DNA of 36,797 nt from positions 1 to 36,797 of the IMG/VR virus record IMGVR_UViG_3300044266_000375; one strand, given 5' to 3'. This DNA is from a virus (taxonomy: Duplodnaviria > Caudoviricetes). The notes below the pieces were generated by a model. That model had not been told where the DNA came from and searched no databases. It saw nothing but the letters and a program-made list of their open reading frames with translations. Positions 8,897 through 19,144 of this stretch are shown piece by piece. The position numbers were made by a program, and so were the translations under genes. The stretch's first letter is position 1, and each line of letters begins with the position of its first letter.

Positions 8897-9955
8897 ATGG
8901 CTACAAGCGGAACAGTCGGACAGACCGTTGTAACGGTTCAAAACCTGATCGACAGCGGCGCTCGTCGCGCGGGCAAACTCGCCGAGGAACTAACCTCCGA
9001 GCAGATCCTTGCGTCGAAGCAAAGTCTTTACTATTTGCTGTCGAATTTGGTTAACCTCGGCGTCCAGTACTGGTGTATCAACAAAGTTATCGTCGGTCTG
9101 ATCCCAGACCAGACGTATTACTACTTGCCGGTGGGCACAGTTGACGTGCTCAATGCAAATTACCGCACACTTACGAGCGTAACCACAGGTGCTTACAGCT
9201 CCTCGGGCGTTGCACTCAACGCTTTCAATGGGGTTGGCAACTTGACTTGCCAGCTTTCCAACAACACCGGCTACATCGGGATCAATAACGGCTCTGGAAA
9301 CGCTGTTATGATCACGACGATCGGCATTTTGCCTTGTGTTTCTGGCTCGGTGACTGCAGAAATTCAATACTCTCAAGACAATTCCACCTGGACAACCCTT
9401 TACAGTCCTGGTGCAACAACTTGGGCTTCTGGAACTTGGATCTATTACGACCTGCAACCCACAGTTAATGCTCCTTACTGGCGCATTCAACAGACCTCCG
9501 GCGTCAACATGGGGTTCTATCAGGTTGTTTTCGGTACCAATCCTATCTCGATCAACATGGCTCGGATGAACCGCGACGACTATTCCTCGCTGCCGAACCG
9601 TAGTTTCACCGGATTGCGCCCGCTGCAATACTGGTTCAACCGCACGATCCCGCAGCCGAACATGGAACTGTGGCCAGTTCCGAACAGCATTCAGCCTCAA
9701 TTGGAGCTTTGGCTCAGTCGCCAGATCCAAGACGTGGGCGAGCTCTCTGGCGAGATCGAAATTCCTCAGCGCTGGTACTTGGCGGTGCAAAACATGCTTG
9801 CGCATCAGATGTCGATGGAGCTTCCGAATGTTGACCCAGGAAGGATCTCCTATTGCGAGCAGCAAGCCGAGAAGTATTGGGCTCAAGCAGAAGCCGAAGA
9901 ACGAGATAAGTCGCCGATTTATTTCGCCCCCAACATCAGTTACTACACGAGGTAG
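8897..9955 (+). CDS. Probable head-tail adaptor/connector with an inserted beta-sandwich domain
   Basis: Likely start MATSGT at 8897, 1 nt after the previous stop. Helical N-terminus, MNRDDYSSLPN...G.RPLQYWF and LWPVP; central NAFNG...YWRI insert. Confidence 0.6.
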   Translation: MATSGTVGQTVVTVQNLIDSGARRAGKLAEELTSEQILASKQSLYYLLSNLVNLGVQYWCINKVIVGLIPDQTYYYLPVGTVDVLNANYRTLTSVTTGAYSSSGVALNAFNGVGNLTCQLSNNTGYIGINNGSGNAVMITTIGILPCVSGSVTAEIQYSQDNSTWTTLYSPGATTWASGTWIYYDLQPTVNAPYWRIQQTSGVNMGFYQVVFGTNPISINMARMNRDDYSSLPNRSFTGLRPLQYWFNRTIPQPNMELWPVPNSIQPQLELWLSRQIQDVGELSGEIEIPQRWYLAVQNMLAHQMSMELPNVDPGRISYCEQQAEKYWAQAEAEERDKSPIYFAPNISYYTR

Positions 9956-9957
9956 GG

Positions 9958-10329
9958 ATGGCGGTTTGGCTCGACACGATCGGAAACACGGTACTGAGCG
10001 TAGCGATCTGCGATCGCTGCAAGCGCAAGGTCGCCTATTCCGACATTCGACCCGACGGCAATATCCCCGCCATTCGAGTTTGCGGAGACGGGTGTTCGGA
10101 TCAGTTCGATCCTTACCGCTTACCTGCTCGGCAGTCGGAGAAAATCTCGCTGCGGTTTCCCCGCCCAGACGCCGACATCGCTGAACAACAGGACGCCATA
10201 ACCACCGACCCGAACATCGTCAACAACGCCAACCAATCTGTGATTCCGTCTACCGCTGGCGAGTGGGGAGTTGGACCAGAAACTTCCCAAGATCAGATCG
10301 ACGGAAACCTTGACAATTTGAGCCCCTGA
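9958..10329 (+). CDS. Small Cys-containing protein (possible zinc binding)
   Basis: AICDRC and VCGDGC..FDP motifs followed by RFPRPD. Confidence 0.65.
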   Translation: MAVWLDTIGNTVLSVAICDRCKRKVAYSDIRPDGNIPAIRVCGDGCSDQFDPYRLPARQSEKISLRFPRPDADIAEQQDAITTDPNIVNNANQSVIPSTAGEWGVGPETSQDQIDGNLDNLSP

Positions 10330-10330
10330 C

Positions 10331-12385
10331 ATGTCGAACATAAGAATTTCTCAGCTTCCAACAGGCTCGGCGCTAACCGGCACCGAACTTGTGCCAGTGG
10401 TTCAAAATGGTCAAACTATTCAGACCACGGTTAGTGCTTTCACGTCTAGTCCTTCGCTGACGCAGACTTTCCTTACCGTCAACAACGAGCCCACCCTGCC
10501 GAATAGCCGCTATTTGGGCGTAGGAACAGGTCTAGGGCTCACAGACACCGGCGCTCAGGGGCAGCTCAGGATCGTTTTCAACGGCACGGCTGCATCACTG
10601 GAAACAGCCGGTATCGGGTTCATTGCGAAGACTGCTTCCAACACAGTGGCGGGTCGCACATTTCAGTACAATTCTGGGCTCAGCATCACGAATGCAGACG
10701 GTGTTTCTGGCAACCCGACCTTTTCGGTCACGGGATTGCTCTCTGCGCTGGCTGCAACCACAGGTACAGGCTTGTTGGCGACTGCGGGCGGTGCAACCCT
10801 CACGCCGACTTCTGTTCTTGGTGTAGCGAACCAAATTTCTGTTTCCAACGGAGACACTCAACCGCTTATCGGGCTCGCGAGCAACCCGACTTTGCCTGGA
10901 AATGCCGGAACGGTGCTGCCTTCGGGCAACACCTCTCAGCGCTCTGGCTCTCCGACCAACGGAACTTTACGCTACAACACAGACATCGCGCTGCTGGAAG
11001 CGTATCTCAATGGAGTTTGGACCTCTCTTGCTTCTGGGTCGGGCGTGACTTCTATCGCCACGGGGACAGGGCTGACGGGTGGTCCAATCACCTCGACCGG
11101 CACGATTTCGATCGACAACACCGGCGTCACGGCTGGATCTTACACCGCTGCGAACATAACGGTGAATGCGCAGGGGCAAATAACGGTTGCCAGCAGCAAC
11201 AATTCGCTGGTCAATTCGTTCAGTGCGGGCACGACCGGTTTCACCCCTAGCACCGCCACTACCGGCGCAGTGACTCTGGCAGGGATACTGAATCCCGCCA
11301 ACGGCGGAACTGGCGCTGGTTCTCTGACGGGTTACGTCTACGGGAATGGCACCGGCGCTATGACTGCTGCCACGACGATTCCGAATTCAGGGCTGACGAA
11401 CAGCTCGGTAACGGTCGGCACGACCACGATCGCTCTCGGCGCGACGAGCCTTACGCTCGGGGGTCTTACCTCGGTTGCTGTAACCGCTGATCCGACGACC
11501 GCTCTGCAATTGGCAACCAAACAGTACGTGGACGGTCTTGTTTCAAGTGGTTTGGCTTATCACCAGCCAGTTCAAGCCGCAACCACGCAAAGTCTTGCTG
11601 CGCAAACTGGTGGAACCGTTACCTACAACAACGGCACGGGCGGTGTCGGTGCGACGATAACGCTTTCTGTAGCGCTGACGACGTTGGATGGGTACAGTCT
11701 TTCTAACACCAACCGGATTTTGGTGAAGGACGAGGTCAACGGTGCATACAACGGCGTCTACACTTGGGCGACCGGTGGAACTGTTCTAACCCGTTCAACA
11801 GACACCAACTCCTACGGACCAGGCACTTCTCAGTTGAGCGAGGGAGACTATTTCTTCGTTCAAAACGGAACTGTCAACAAAGGCAGTTCCTATGTCTGTT
11901 CGAATGTTGGCACAATTACTTTCGGCACGACTGCGATCACATTCTCGCAGTTCAGCACCTCTCAGGTCTACACCGGAACCTCGCCGATCCAAATCACAGG
12001 CACGGTTATTTCGCTCAATACAGTTCCTGTGGCTTCAGGCGGAACGAACATCACGTCTTACTCGGTCGGAGACTTGCTTTACGCTTCCGGTTCGACGACG
12101 CTTTCTAAGTTGACGATCGGGACTGCGAACTACGTTTTGACGTCCAGTGGTACAGCGCCGCAGTACGTTGCGCAGTCTACGCTTTCTGTTGGTTCCGCAA
12201 CGACCGCCACCACTGCAACCAACGCAACGAACACGGCAATCACCGCCAACTCAACAAATGCAACGAATTACCTGACCTTTGTGAGTGCTACTACCGGTAA
12301 CTTGGGGCAATTGGTAAACTCATCGATAACTTGTAATCCATCGACTGGCGCGTTAACAGGCGGGATTTCTGGAGGTACTTTCTAA
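10331..12385 (+). CDS. Tail fibre protein
   Basis: N-terminal IRISQLP anchor; fibre motifs (LRYNTD, GTGLTGGPIT, YTAANITVNAQGQIT, ATKQYVD, RILVKD...NGVY); C-terminal GGTF. Confidence 0.8.
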   Translation: MSNIRISQLPTGSALTGTELVPVVQNGQTIQTTVSAFTSSPSLTQTFLTVNNEPTLPNSRYLGVGTGLGLTDTGAQGQLRIVFNGTAASLETAGIGFIAKTASNTVAGRTFQYNSGLSITNADGVSGNPTFSVTGLLSALAATTGTGLLATAGGATLTPTSVLGVANQISVSNGDTQPLIGLASNPTLPGNAGTVLPSGNTSQRSGSPTNGTLRYNTDIALLEAYLNGVWTSLASGSGVTSIATGTGLTGGPITSTGTISIDNTGVTAGSYTAANITVNAQGQITVASSNNSLVNSFSAGTTGFTPSTATTGAVTLAGILNPANGGTGAGSLTGYVYGNGTGAMTAATTIPNSGLTNSSVTVGTTTIALGATSLTLGGLTSVAVTADPTTALQLATKQYVDGLVSSGLAYHQPVQAATTQSLAAQTGGTVTYNNGTGGVGATITLSVALTTLDGYSLSNTNRILVKDEVNGAYNGVYTWATGGTVLTRSTDTNSYGPGTSQLSEGDYFFVQNGTVNKGSSYVCSNVGTITFGTTAITFSQFSTSQVYTGTSPIQITGTVISLNTVPVASGGTNITSYSVGDLLYASGSTTLSKLTIGTANYVLTSSGTAPQYVAQSTLSVGSATTATTATNATNTAITANSTNATNYLTFVSATTGNLGQLVNSSITCNPSTGALTGGISGGTF

Positions 12386-13027
12386 ATGTCGGCAACAAAC
12401 TACACCCCGATTCAGTTGTACTACAGCACGACTGCATCTGCTGTACCGGTAAACACGAACCTTGCAAACGGTGAGTTGGCGATCAACATCACTGACGGGA
12501 AACTGTTCTACAAGGACAACAGCGGCGTTGTCCAGACGCTGGCGACAAAAGCTTCCGTCACGAATGTATCTTCGATCACGTTTGGTTCGACTGGACTGAC
12601 GCCCAGCACTGCTACTACCGGCGCGGTGACTGTTGCTGGAACGTTGGTCGCAGGCAACGGCGGAACGGGTCTTTCGACCTACACTGCCGGTGATCTGCTC
12701 TACGCCACGGGCTCTGCCACATTGAGCAAGTTGGGTATCGGGACGACCAATTACGTTCTGACCTCCAGCGGCACTGCCCCGCAATACGTTGCCCAGTCGA
12801 CGCTTTCCGTTGGTTCTGCTACCACTGCAACAACCGCAACCAATTTGGCTGGCGGTGCGGCTTCGCAGATTCCGTACCAAACGACCGCCGGTTCCACTTC
12901 GTTTATTGCGAATGGAACCTCTGGTCAGGTACTCACGAGCAACGGAGCATCAGCGCCGACTTGGCAAACATCAACCGGCATTTCAACTGGCAAGAGCATT
13001 GCTATGGCTCTTATCTTCGGTTTCTAG
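12386..13027 (+). CDS. Tail fibre/adaptor protein
   Basis: N-terminal PIQLYYSTT..VP...LANGELAINITDGKLFYKD domain typical of fibre proteins; GQVLTSNG..APTW; C-terminal GKSIAMALIFG. Confidence 0.75.
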   Translation: MSATNYTPIQLYYSTTASAVPVNTNLANGELAINITDGKLFYKDNSGVVQTLATKASVTNVSSITFGSTGLTPSTATTGAVTVAGTLVAGNGGTGLSTYTAGDLLYATGSATLSKLGIGTTNYVLTSSGTAPQYVAQSTLSVGSATTATTATNLAGGAASQIPYQTTAGSTSFIANGTSGQVLTSNGASAPTWQTSTGISTGKSIAMALIFGF

Positions 13028-13037
13028 GGAGTGAAAA

Positions 13038-13442
13038 ATGGCAAACCCAAACATCGTTAACGTCACAAGCATCTATGGGAACACTGCCTATTGTGTCCCT
13101 AGTGGAACCTCTGCGACGACCTCATGGACGTACAACGGCACGACTGCGCTGACTGGGTTGACGCCCGCTGTGGGCACAGTCAACAAAATTGACAGCATCG
13201 TGGTCGCAAACACCACCGCTTCGGCTGTCAACGCCACTGTGGCTGTGGGCAACAACGCAACGTTCGGCAGCGCGACTGTGACGACCTATCCGGCGTACCA
13301 GATCAGTGTTCCGGCAAATTCTTCGTTGATTGTGACTGATAAGACGACTTCGTTCTACATCACGGAGAACCAGTCTGTTGCGGTCACCTCGGCTACTGGA
13401 AGTGCTCTGACGTTTATTGCGTCGTTTGAAGCGATCTCCTAA
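13038..13442 (+). CDS. Small tail-associated beta-sandwich protein
   Basis: GGAG Shine-Dalgarno; MANPNIVNV start; ISVPANSSLIV and SFEAIS; lies within the fibre cluster. Confidence 0.65.
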   Translation: MANPNIVNVTSIYGNTAYCVPSGTSATTSWTYNGTTALTGLTPAVGTVNKIDSIVVANTTASAVNATVAVGNNATFGSATVTTYPAYQISVPANSSLIVTDKTTSFYITENQSVAVTSATGSALTFIASFEAIS

Positions 13443-13454
13443 TCTGGAGCAGTA

Positions 13455-15989
13455 ATGGCTATTCATGGCTATCCCGGCGGAGTAGTAAGCGCCACTGCGC
13501 CCACAGTCACGCAGGTATCTGCGACTGGCATCTGGACGCTCGCCAAGCAACTTTATTACAACGCCCAAGGCTCTTGGCCTCCGGCGATTGTTGACTACCT
13601 TGTGGTGGCGGGTGGCGGTGGAGGCGGAGCCGCTTCTGGCGGTGGTGGAGGTGGCGGCGGCGCAGGTGGTTATCGCACTGGTACAGGTTTTGCGGTTACG
13701 CCGGGAACTTCATATACGATTTCAATCGGTGCTGGCGGCAACGGTGGAACTACTGGTCAAAGTGGGGCTACAGGAGACGGGTCAAGCGGCAGTGACTCTG
13801 TTTTTTCTACCATTACATCAACTGGTGGGGGTGGTGGTGGTGCTGGCGGCTTGGCTCGTTCTGGGAAAACAGGCGGGTCTGGTGGCGGCGGCGGTCACAA
13901 TGGCGGCGCTGGTGGTGCTGGAAACACTCCCTCCACAAGCCCAAGTCAAGGAAACAATGGCGGGACACCAAATGCCGCCGACAATGGTGGGGGCGGTGGT
14001 GGCGGTGCTTCAGCGGTTGGCGCAACGACTCCCGGTACAACTACTGGTGGCGCTGGTGGTGCTGGTACAGCCTCAAGCATCAGTGGTTCATCAGTGACCT
14101 ATGCTGGCGGTGGCGGTGGTTCTTCTAACGCTACAGGCGGTGCTGGAGGTGCGGGAGGCGGTGGTGCTGGTGGTGTTGGCGGCGGTGCTTCAGGTGTTGC
14201 TGGTACTGCCAACACTGGTGGTGGCGGTGGTGGCGGATATGGAAGCACGGGTATTGCAGCGGCTGGCGGCTCCGGCATAGTCGTAATCCGTTACGTCACA
14301 GGTCAGATGTCCGCGATCGGCGGGACAGTTACGACGAGCGGCTCGTACACGATTCACACATTCACCGCTTCTGGGTTGTTCCAAGTCGCGCCGATTGGGT
14401 ACCAATTCGTTTACCAAGCGTTCACTGCTTCGGGCTCATGGACTGCGCCGACTGGCGTTTCGCAGGTTGATTACATCGCTGTCGCCGGTGGCGGCGGTGG
14501 TGGGTCTTACTTCTGCGCGGGCGGCGGTGGTGCAGGCGGTTTCCGGTATGGAAACAACGCCACGGTAACTCCAGGAACGACCTATACAGTGACCGTTGGC
14601 GCAGGTGGTGCAGGTGCTGCCAACAGCGCTGCCTTGGGCTCGAACGGCTCCAATACGGTTCTGGGCTCGGTGACTTCCGCTGGCGGCGGTGGCGGCGGGT
14701 CGTACGGCTCGAGCAGTTTGGCTTCACCTTACAACCAAGACGGTCAAGCGGGCGGCTCTGGTGGTGGCGGGGGTGCGGCTGACGGCGGCTCTTCCGTGAA
14801 CCGCAACGGCAACGGCGGCGCTGGTAACACCCCGACTGTTTCGCCTTCGCAGGGGAACAACGGCGGAAACGGCGTCGGTGCTGGCGACATCACCATGATC
14901 GGTGGCGGCGGTGGCGGAGCGGGCGCGGCGGGTAGCGCTGGGAACGTCTCCAACGGCGCTGGCGGTGCTGGTCTGGCTTCGATTATCAGCGGCACGGCTG
15001 TTTCTTTCGCGGGCGGCGGTGCGGGTGGTGGATTCGGTGGCGCTGGTACGGGCGGCGCGGGCGGCGGTGGAAACGGCGGCTCGGGCAACGGCACGACTCA
15101 AGGCACTGCTGGAACGGCAAACACCGGCGGTGGCGGTGGCGGGTTCGGCGGCAACGGTTTGAGCAATTCTGGCGGGTCGGGTTTCGTCGGTATCCGCTAC
15201 GTTCAGCCCACAGCGAGCAATATCGCTATTTTCTACACCTCTGGGACTTGGACTGCACCGAAAAACGCAACGCAGGTTCAATACTTGGTCGTTGCGGGCG
15301 GTGGCGGCGGTGGCACAGACCTCGGCGGTGGCGGAGGGGCTGGCGGTTATCGCGTGGGGTCTGGGCTTTCTGTTACAGGTGGCTCTTCTTACGCAGTGAC
15401 AGTTGGCGCTGGAGGCGCTGCTGGCCCACTTAGCGGCACTTATGGAGGCTCTAACGGAAGCAATTCTGTTTTCTCCAGCATCACCTCCACAGGTGGCGGC
15501 GGCGGTGCGGGGGGCGGTTCTCCGTACACAGGCAGCAACGGCGGTTCTGGCGGCGGGGCTAGGGGCAATACTTCTAGCTCCGGCGGAACTGGCAACACGC
15601 CCTCAACGACACCCTCTCAAGGCAGCAACGGCGGCGCAACTTCCGGCGCAGGATACGGTTCTGGCGGCGGCGGTGGCGCATCTGCCTCTGGTAGCAACGG
15701 AGCAAACAGCCCGAGTTACCAAGGTGGGAATGGTGGAAACGGAACAGCCTCTTCGATTTCCGGCGCTTCGGTAACCTATGCTGGTGGCGGCGGTGGTGGC
15801 TCTGACGTTTCTCCCTGCACTGTTGCTACAGGCGGAACAGGTGGCGCTGGTAACGGTGGTGTGCGTCTTGGCACTGCGGCGACTTCTGCCACTGCAAACA
15901 CTGGCAGCGGCGGTGGTGGCGGCGCCAATGGATCGAGCAGCACAGGCGGCAACGGTGGTTCGGGTATCGTAATTTTGGTTTGGAGTTGA
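13455..15989 (+). CDS. Glycine-rich tail/adhesin protein with three tandem Gly-rich domains
   Basis: Three units, each beginning Y(L/I)(V/A)VAGGGGGG and ending GGSG(I/F)V.I. Confidence 0.8.
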   Translation: MAIHGYPGGVVSATAPTVTQVSATGIWTLAKQLYYNAQGSWPPAIVDYLVVAGGGGGGAASGGGGGGGGAGGYRTGTGFAVTPGTSYTISIGAGGNGGTTGQSGATGDGSSGSDSVFSTITSTGGGGGGAGGLARSGKTGGSGGGGGHNGGAGGAGNTPSTSPSQGNNGGTPNAADNGGGGGGGASAVGATTPGTTTGGAGGAGTASSISGSSVTYAGGGGGSSNATGGAGGAGGGGAGGVGGGASGVAGTANTGGGGGGGYGSTGIAAAGGSGIVVIRYVTGQMSAIGGTVTTSGSYTIHTFTASGLFQVAPIGYQFVYQAFTASGSWTAPTGVSQVDYIAVAGGGGGGSYFCAGGGGAGGFRYGNNATVTPGTTYTVTVGAGGAGAANSAALGSNGSNTVLGSVTSAGGGGGGSYGSSSLASPYNQDGQAGGSGGGGGAADGGSSVNRNGNGGAGNTPTVSPSQGNNGGNGVGAGDITMIGGGGGGAGAAGSAGNVSNGAGGAGLASIISGTAVSFAGGGAGGGFGGAGTGGAGGGGNGGSGNGTTQGTAGTANTGGGGGGFGGNGLSNSGGSGFVGIRYVQPTASNIAIFYTSGTWTAPKNATQVQYLVVAGGGGGGTDLGGGGGAGGYRVGSGLSVTGGSSYAVTVGAGGAAGPLSGTYGGSNGSNSVFSSITSTGGGGGAGGGSPYTGSNGGSGGGARGNTSSSGGTGNTPSTTPSQGSNGGATSGAGYGSGGGGGASASGSNGANSPSYQGGNGGNGTASSISGASVTYAGGGGGGSDVSPCTVATGGTGGAGNGGVRLGTAATSATANTGSGGGGGANGSSSTGGNGGSGIVILVWS

Positions 15990-15990
15990 G

Positions 15991-18531
15991 ATGGATTACA
16001 TCGGCGGATTTATAACCAAGAACCCTGTTGCCCCGACAGACTCAGCCGCGTCTGGTGTCTGGAGGCTGAATCAGGCGCTCCAGTACACCAAGGCGGGCAC
16101 ATGGCCTGCAAACGTCGCTGCACCCATCAGCCGGTCTGTGCGGCTGCGTTCGTCTGCGAGTGCGTATCTAAACCGCACATTGACTACGCCAACCAACAAT
16201 AAAATTTGGACTTGGAGTGGTTGGGTAAAGCGCGGCTCAGTGAGCAATACCAGTCAAGGACTGTTTGAGGCGCCATCTAGCGGAAGCACTTTTGGTTCGA
16301 TTTATTTCACCAGTGGCGACATAATCAACTGGTACGACGCAAGCGGCGGTGCAACTGTTTACATCCTACAAACAACGCAAGTATTTCGTGATCCGTCTGC
16401 TTGGTATCACATTGTGTGTGCATATGATTCAACGCAAGCGACCGCATCAGATCGTCAAAAAATTTACGTCAACGGCGTTCAGGTTACGTCATTTTCAACC
16501 GCTACTTATGTCGCACAGAATACTAATGGTCGTATCAATTCTGCGGTAACTCACAAACTTGGCACGTTTGACGCATCAAGCAATTATTTCGACGGCTACC
16601 TCACCACAATCAATTTCATCGACGGACAAGCCCTGACACCCACCAGTTTCGGTGCATTTGATGCCATAACTGGTGTATGGAATCCAATCGTTTACACCGG
16701 TACATACGGCAACAACGGCTTCTACCTTACCTTCAGCGATAACAGCAACAACACCGCGACCACACTCGGCAAGGATAGCAGCGGCAACGGCAACAACTGG
16801 ACACCGAACAACATTAGTGTGACCAACGTCGCTGCGCCCAACACCAACGACAGCATGGTCGACAGCCCAACCAACTACGGCGTTGACACTGGCGTTGGCG
16901 GCGAGGTGCGTGGAGATTACGCGGTGCTTTCTTCGGTAACAGGCTACGCCTACACATCAAGCAATGGTAATTTGACTGCCTACGGCGGGAACACCAACTG
17001 CTACTTTTCAATGCCTGTAACCGGCAAGATGTACTTTGAGGCATATTGCTCTAGCACCGCTGGCGGCGGTCAGATGGGCTTTGTGAAAAACGCATCAATC
17101 GCAACAAACACGATTGGCTACAACCAAGCCGGTTACTACGGTGTGAACTATGCTGCTGGATCAGTGACCTATTGGGTCAACGGAACCAACGACGGCATCA
17201 ACCACGGAACTATCTCTGGCAACACATTGAAGTTTGCGGTGGACGGTGCAACAGGGAAAGTGTGGATCGGTTCTGGCAGCACTTGGTTTGGAAGCGGCGA
17301 CCCTGCGAACGGCACCAACCCTGCCTTCACGCTTTCATTGTCTACGGGTGATCTCATCTATCCGATGGTCACATCGCAAAGCGCAACCTACACATTCACC
17401 ATTAACACGGGACAGCAGACCTTTGGCAACGCCGCTCCGTCTGGCTTCAAGGCAATGTGTACGCAGAATATGTCCACGCCGACGATTGCGAATGGTGCGG
17501 GGTATATTGCTGCTACGTTGTATACGGGTAATGACCCTTCAACGCAATCAATCACCAATACAGTTAATGGTGTTTCTTTTCAGCCTGACCTTGTTTGGGC
17601 AAAGTCTCGTTCAAATGCTTATACGCACGTTTTGGTTGATTCTGTTCGTGGTGTCAGCACCGCGCTATTTTCAAACTTAACAAACGCAGAAGTTACAGAA
17701 TCAACGCGTTATGTATATGCCTTTAATTCAAACGGTTTTTCTGTCAAAGAAGATACCGGAACAGGCTCAGTTAATGCAACATCTGCAACCTATGTCGGCT
17801 GGCAATGGAAAGGCGGCGGTACAGCGGTCACAAACCCTAATGGCTCAATCACTTCTTCGGTGAGCGCAAACACAACTGCTGGATTTAGCGTGGTGACATA
17901 TACCGGCAACGGTACAAGCGGCGCAACGATCGGTCACGGGCTTGGGGCGACTGCAAGTTTCATCATTTTGAAACGGCGCGATGGCGGCTCGGGGTACTCT
18001 TGGTATGTGCAGCATCCAACCCTTGGGCCAACCAAAGCGTTGTTTCTTGATTCCACAAACGGCGCGGCAACAAGTGCAAATTATTGGAACAATACTGCCC
18101 CGACCTCTACGGTGTTTTCTGTTGGAAACGACACCAGCCTTAATGCAAACACAGGCACTTATGTTGCCTATTGCTGGGCATCTGTTTCTGGCTACTCGGC
18201 ATTTACAACATACACCGGCAATGCATCAGGTGATGGGCCATTCGTGTATTGCGGCTTCCGTCCTCGGTGGCTAATGATCAAGCGTTACGATGCTGCTGGT
18301 GATCCGTGGTGGTTGATTGATTCAACGCGATCCCCCTACAATCAAACTACAATTGCTTTGCGTCCAAGTGGATCAAACGCAGAAGATAACGGCGGTAATG
18401 CAAACTTTGACTTTCTTGCAAACGGATTCAAAGCAAGAACTACCGGCGGCGGAAACGGCAATGAATCGGGCGCAACCTATATTGTTGCCGCCTTTGCCGA
18501 GAACCCGTTTAAAATCGCTAGGGCACGTTGA
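15991..18531 (+). CDS. Receptor-binding/tail protein with a ConA-like (LamG) lectin domain and a SPRY-like region
   Basis: WTWSGWVKRG, FRDPSAWYHIV, KIYVNGV, FIDGQAL, GKDSSGNGNNW, GKMYFE, FQPDLVWAK, GFRPRWLMIK and AFAENPF. Confidence 0.8.
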   Translation: MDYIGGFITKNPVAPTDSAASGVWRLNQALQYTKAGTWPANVAAPISRSVRLRSSASAYLNRTLTTPTNNKIWTWSGWVKRGSVSNTSQGLFEAPSSGSTFGSIYFTSGDIINWYDASGGATVYILQTTQVFRDPSAWYHIVCAYDSTQATASDRQKIYVNGVQVTSFSTATYVAQNTNGRINSAVTHKLGTFDASSNYFDGYLTTINFIDGQALTPTSFGAFDAITGVWNPIVYTGTYGNNGFYLTFSDNSNNTATTLGKDSSGNGNNWTPNNISVTNVAAPNTNDSMVDSPTNYGVDTGVGGEVRGDYAVLSSVTGYAYTSSNGNLTAYGGNTNCYFSMPVTGKMYFEAYCSSTAGGGQMGFVKNASIATNTIGYNQAGYYGVNYAAGSVTYWVNGTNDGINHGTISGNTLKFAVDGATGKVWIGSGSTWFGSGDPANGTNPAFTLSLSTGDLIYPMVTSQSATYTFTINTGQQTFGNAAPSGFKAMCTQNMSTPTIANGAGYIAATLYTGNDPSTQSITNTVNGVSFQPDLVWAKSRSNAYTHVLVDSVRGVSTALFSNLTNAEVTESTRYVYAFNSNGFSVKEDTGTGSVNATSATYVGWQWKGGGTAVTNPNGSITSSVSANTTAGFSVVTYTGNGTSGATIGHGLGATASFIILKRRDGGSGYSWYVQHPTLGPTKALFLDSTNGAATSANYWNNTAPTSTVFSVGNDTSLNANTGTYVAYCWASVSGYSAFTTYTGNASGDGPFVYCGFRPRWLMIKRYDAAGDPWWLIDSTRSPYNQTTIALRPSGSNAEDNGGNANFDFLANGFKARTTGGGNGNESGATYIVAAFAENPFKIARAR

Positions 18532-18533
18532 TC

Positions 18534-18764
18534 ATGCAAAAAATATATCAATTGTACGGAATCGACACCGCAATCAACATGCTGCGTCCGGGGGCGCGGT
18601 GGGAGATAAGTAACAGTCACTTCACGCGCTGGGACGACCCGCGTCCTTGCCCGAGTTGGGAAGAAGTCGTTGCAACGATGGAAAAAATCAAAGCCTTTGA
18701 AGACTCGATCGAAACGGTTTGGTTGCCCGAGCAGCGGGACATGTTGCTCGGTAAGGCTGCATAA
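18534..18764 (+). CDS. Small tail-associated hypothetical protein
   Basis: AINMLRPGARW...W.DPRPCPSWEEV; tightly packed after the lectin gene. Confidence 0.65.
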   Translation: MQKIYQLYGIDTAINMLRPGARWEISNSHFTRWDDPRPCPSWEEVVATMEKIKAFEDSIETVWLPEQRDMLLGKAA

Positions 18765-18781
18765 TTTCACTGGAGAAAAGT

Positions 18782-19144
18782 ATGGCTCATTTCGCTCAAC
18801 TTGATGCAAACAACGTGGTGATGCAAGTCATCGTTGTTTCTAACTTCGACACTTCCGACGTAACGGGGCAGGAAAAAGAACACATCGGCGCTGCCTTTTG
18901 CGAGAAACTGTTCGGCGGGACATGGAAGCAAACCAGTTATAACGCAAACATTCGCAAGAATTATGCAGGCATCGGGTTCTCTTACGACGAACAGCGAGAT
19001 GCTTTCATACCTCCCAAAGTGTATGCCTCTTGGGTGCTCGACGAGACCACCTGCAATTGGAAAGCGCCGGTCGATGCGCCCACGGATGGCAAGAACTATG
19101 CGTGGAATGAAGAAACGCAATCATGGGTTGAGGTCGTAGCATGA
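18782..19144 (+). CDS. Conserved phage protein (possible fibre-associated chaperone)
   Basis: GGAG Shine-Dalgarno; MAHFAQLD, WKQTSYN, RKNYAGIG, DAFIPP and Y.WNEE..SW, a family typically found beside Gly-rich fibre genes. Confidence 0.75.
   Translation: MAHFAQLDANNVVMQVIVVSNFDTSDVTGQEKEHIGAAFCEKLFGGTWKQTSYNANIRKNYAGIGFSYDEQRDAFIPPKVYASWVLDETTCNWKAPVDAPTDGKNYAWNEETQSWVEVVA

Noticed and set aside
12128-12844. Duplicated fibre segment as a diversity-generating retroelement TR/VR pair
   Set aside because: The differences are synonymous and not adenine-specific, and there is no reverse transcriptase in the window.
13455-15989. GGC/GGT-rich repeats as a CRISPR array, satellite or PE-PGRS gene
   Set aside because: They are in-frame glycine codons with no constant repeat-spacer structure and no PE domain.
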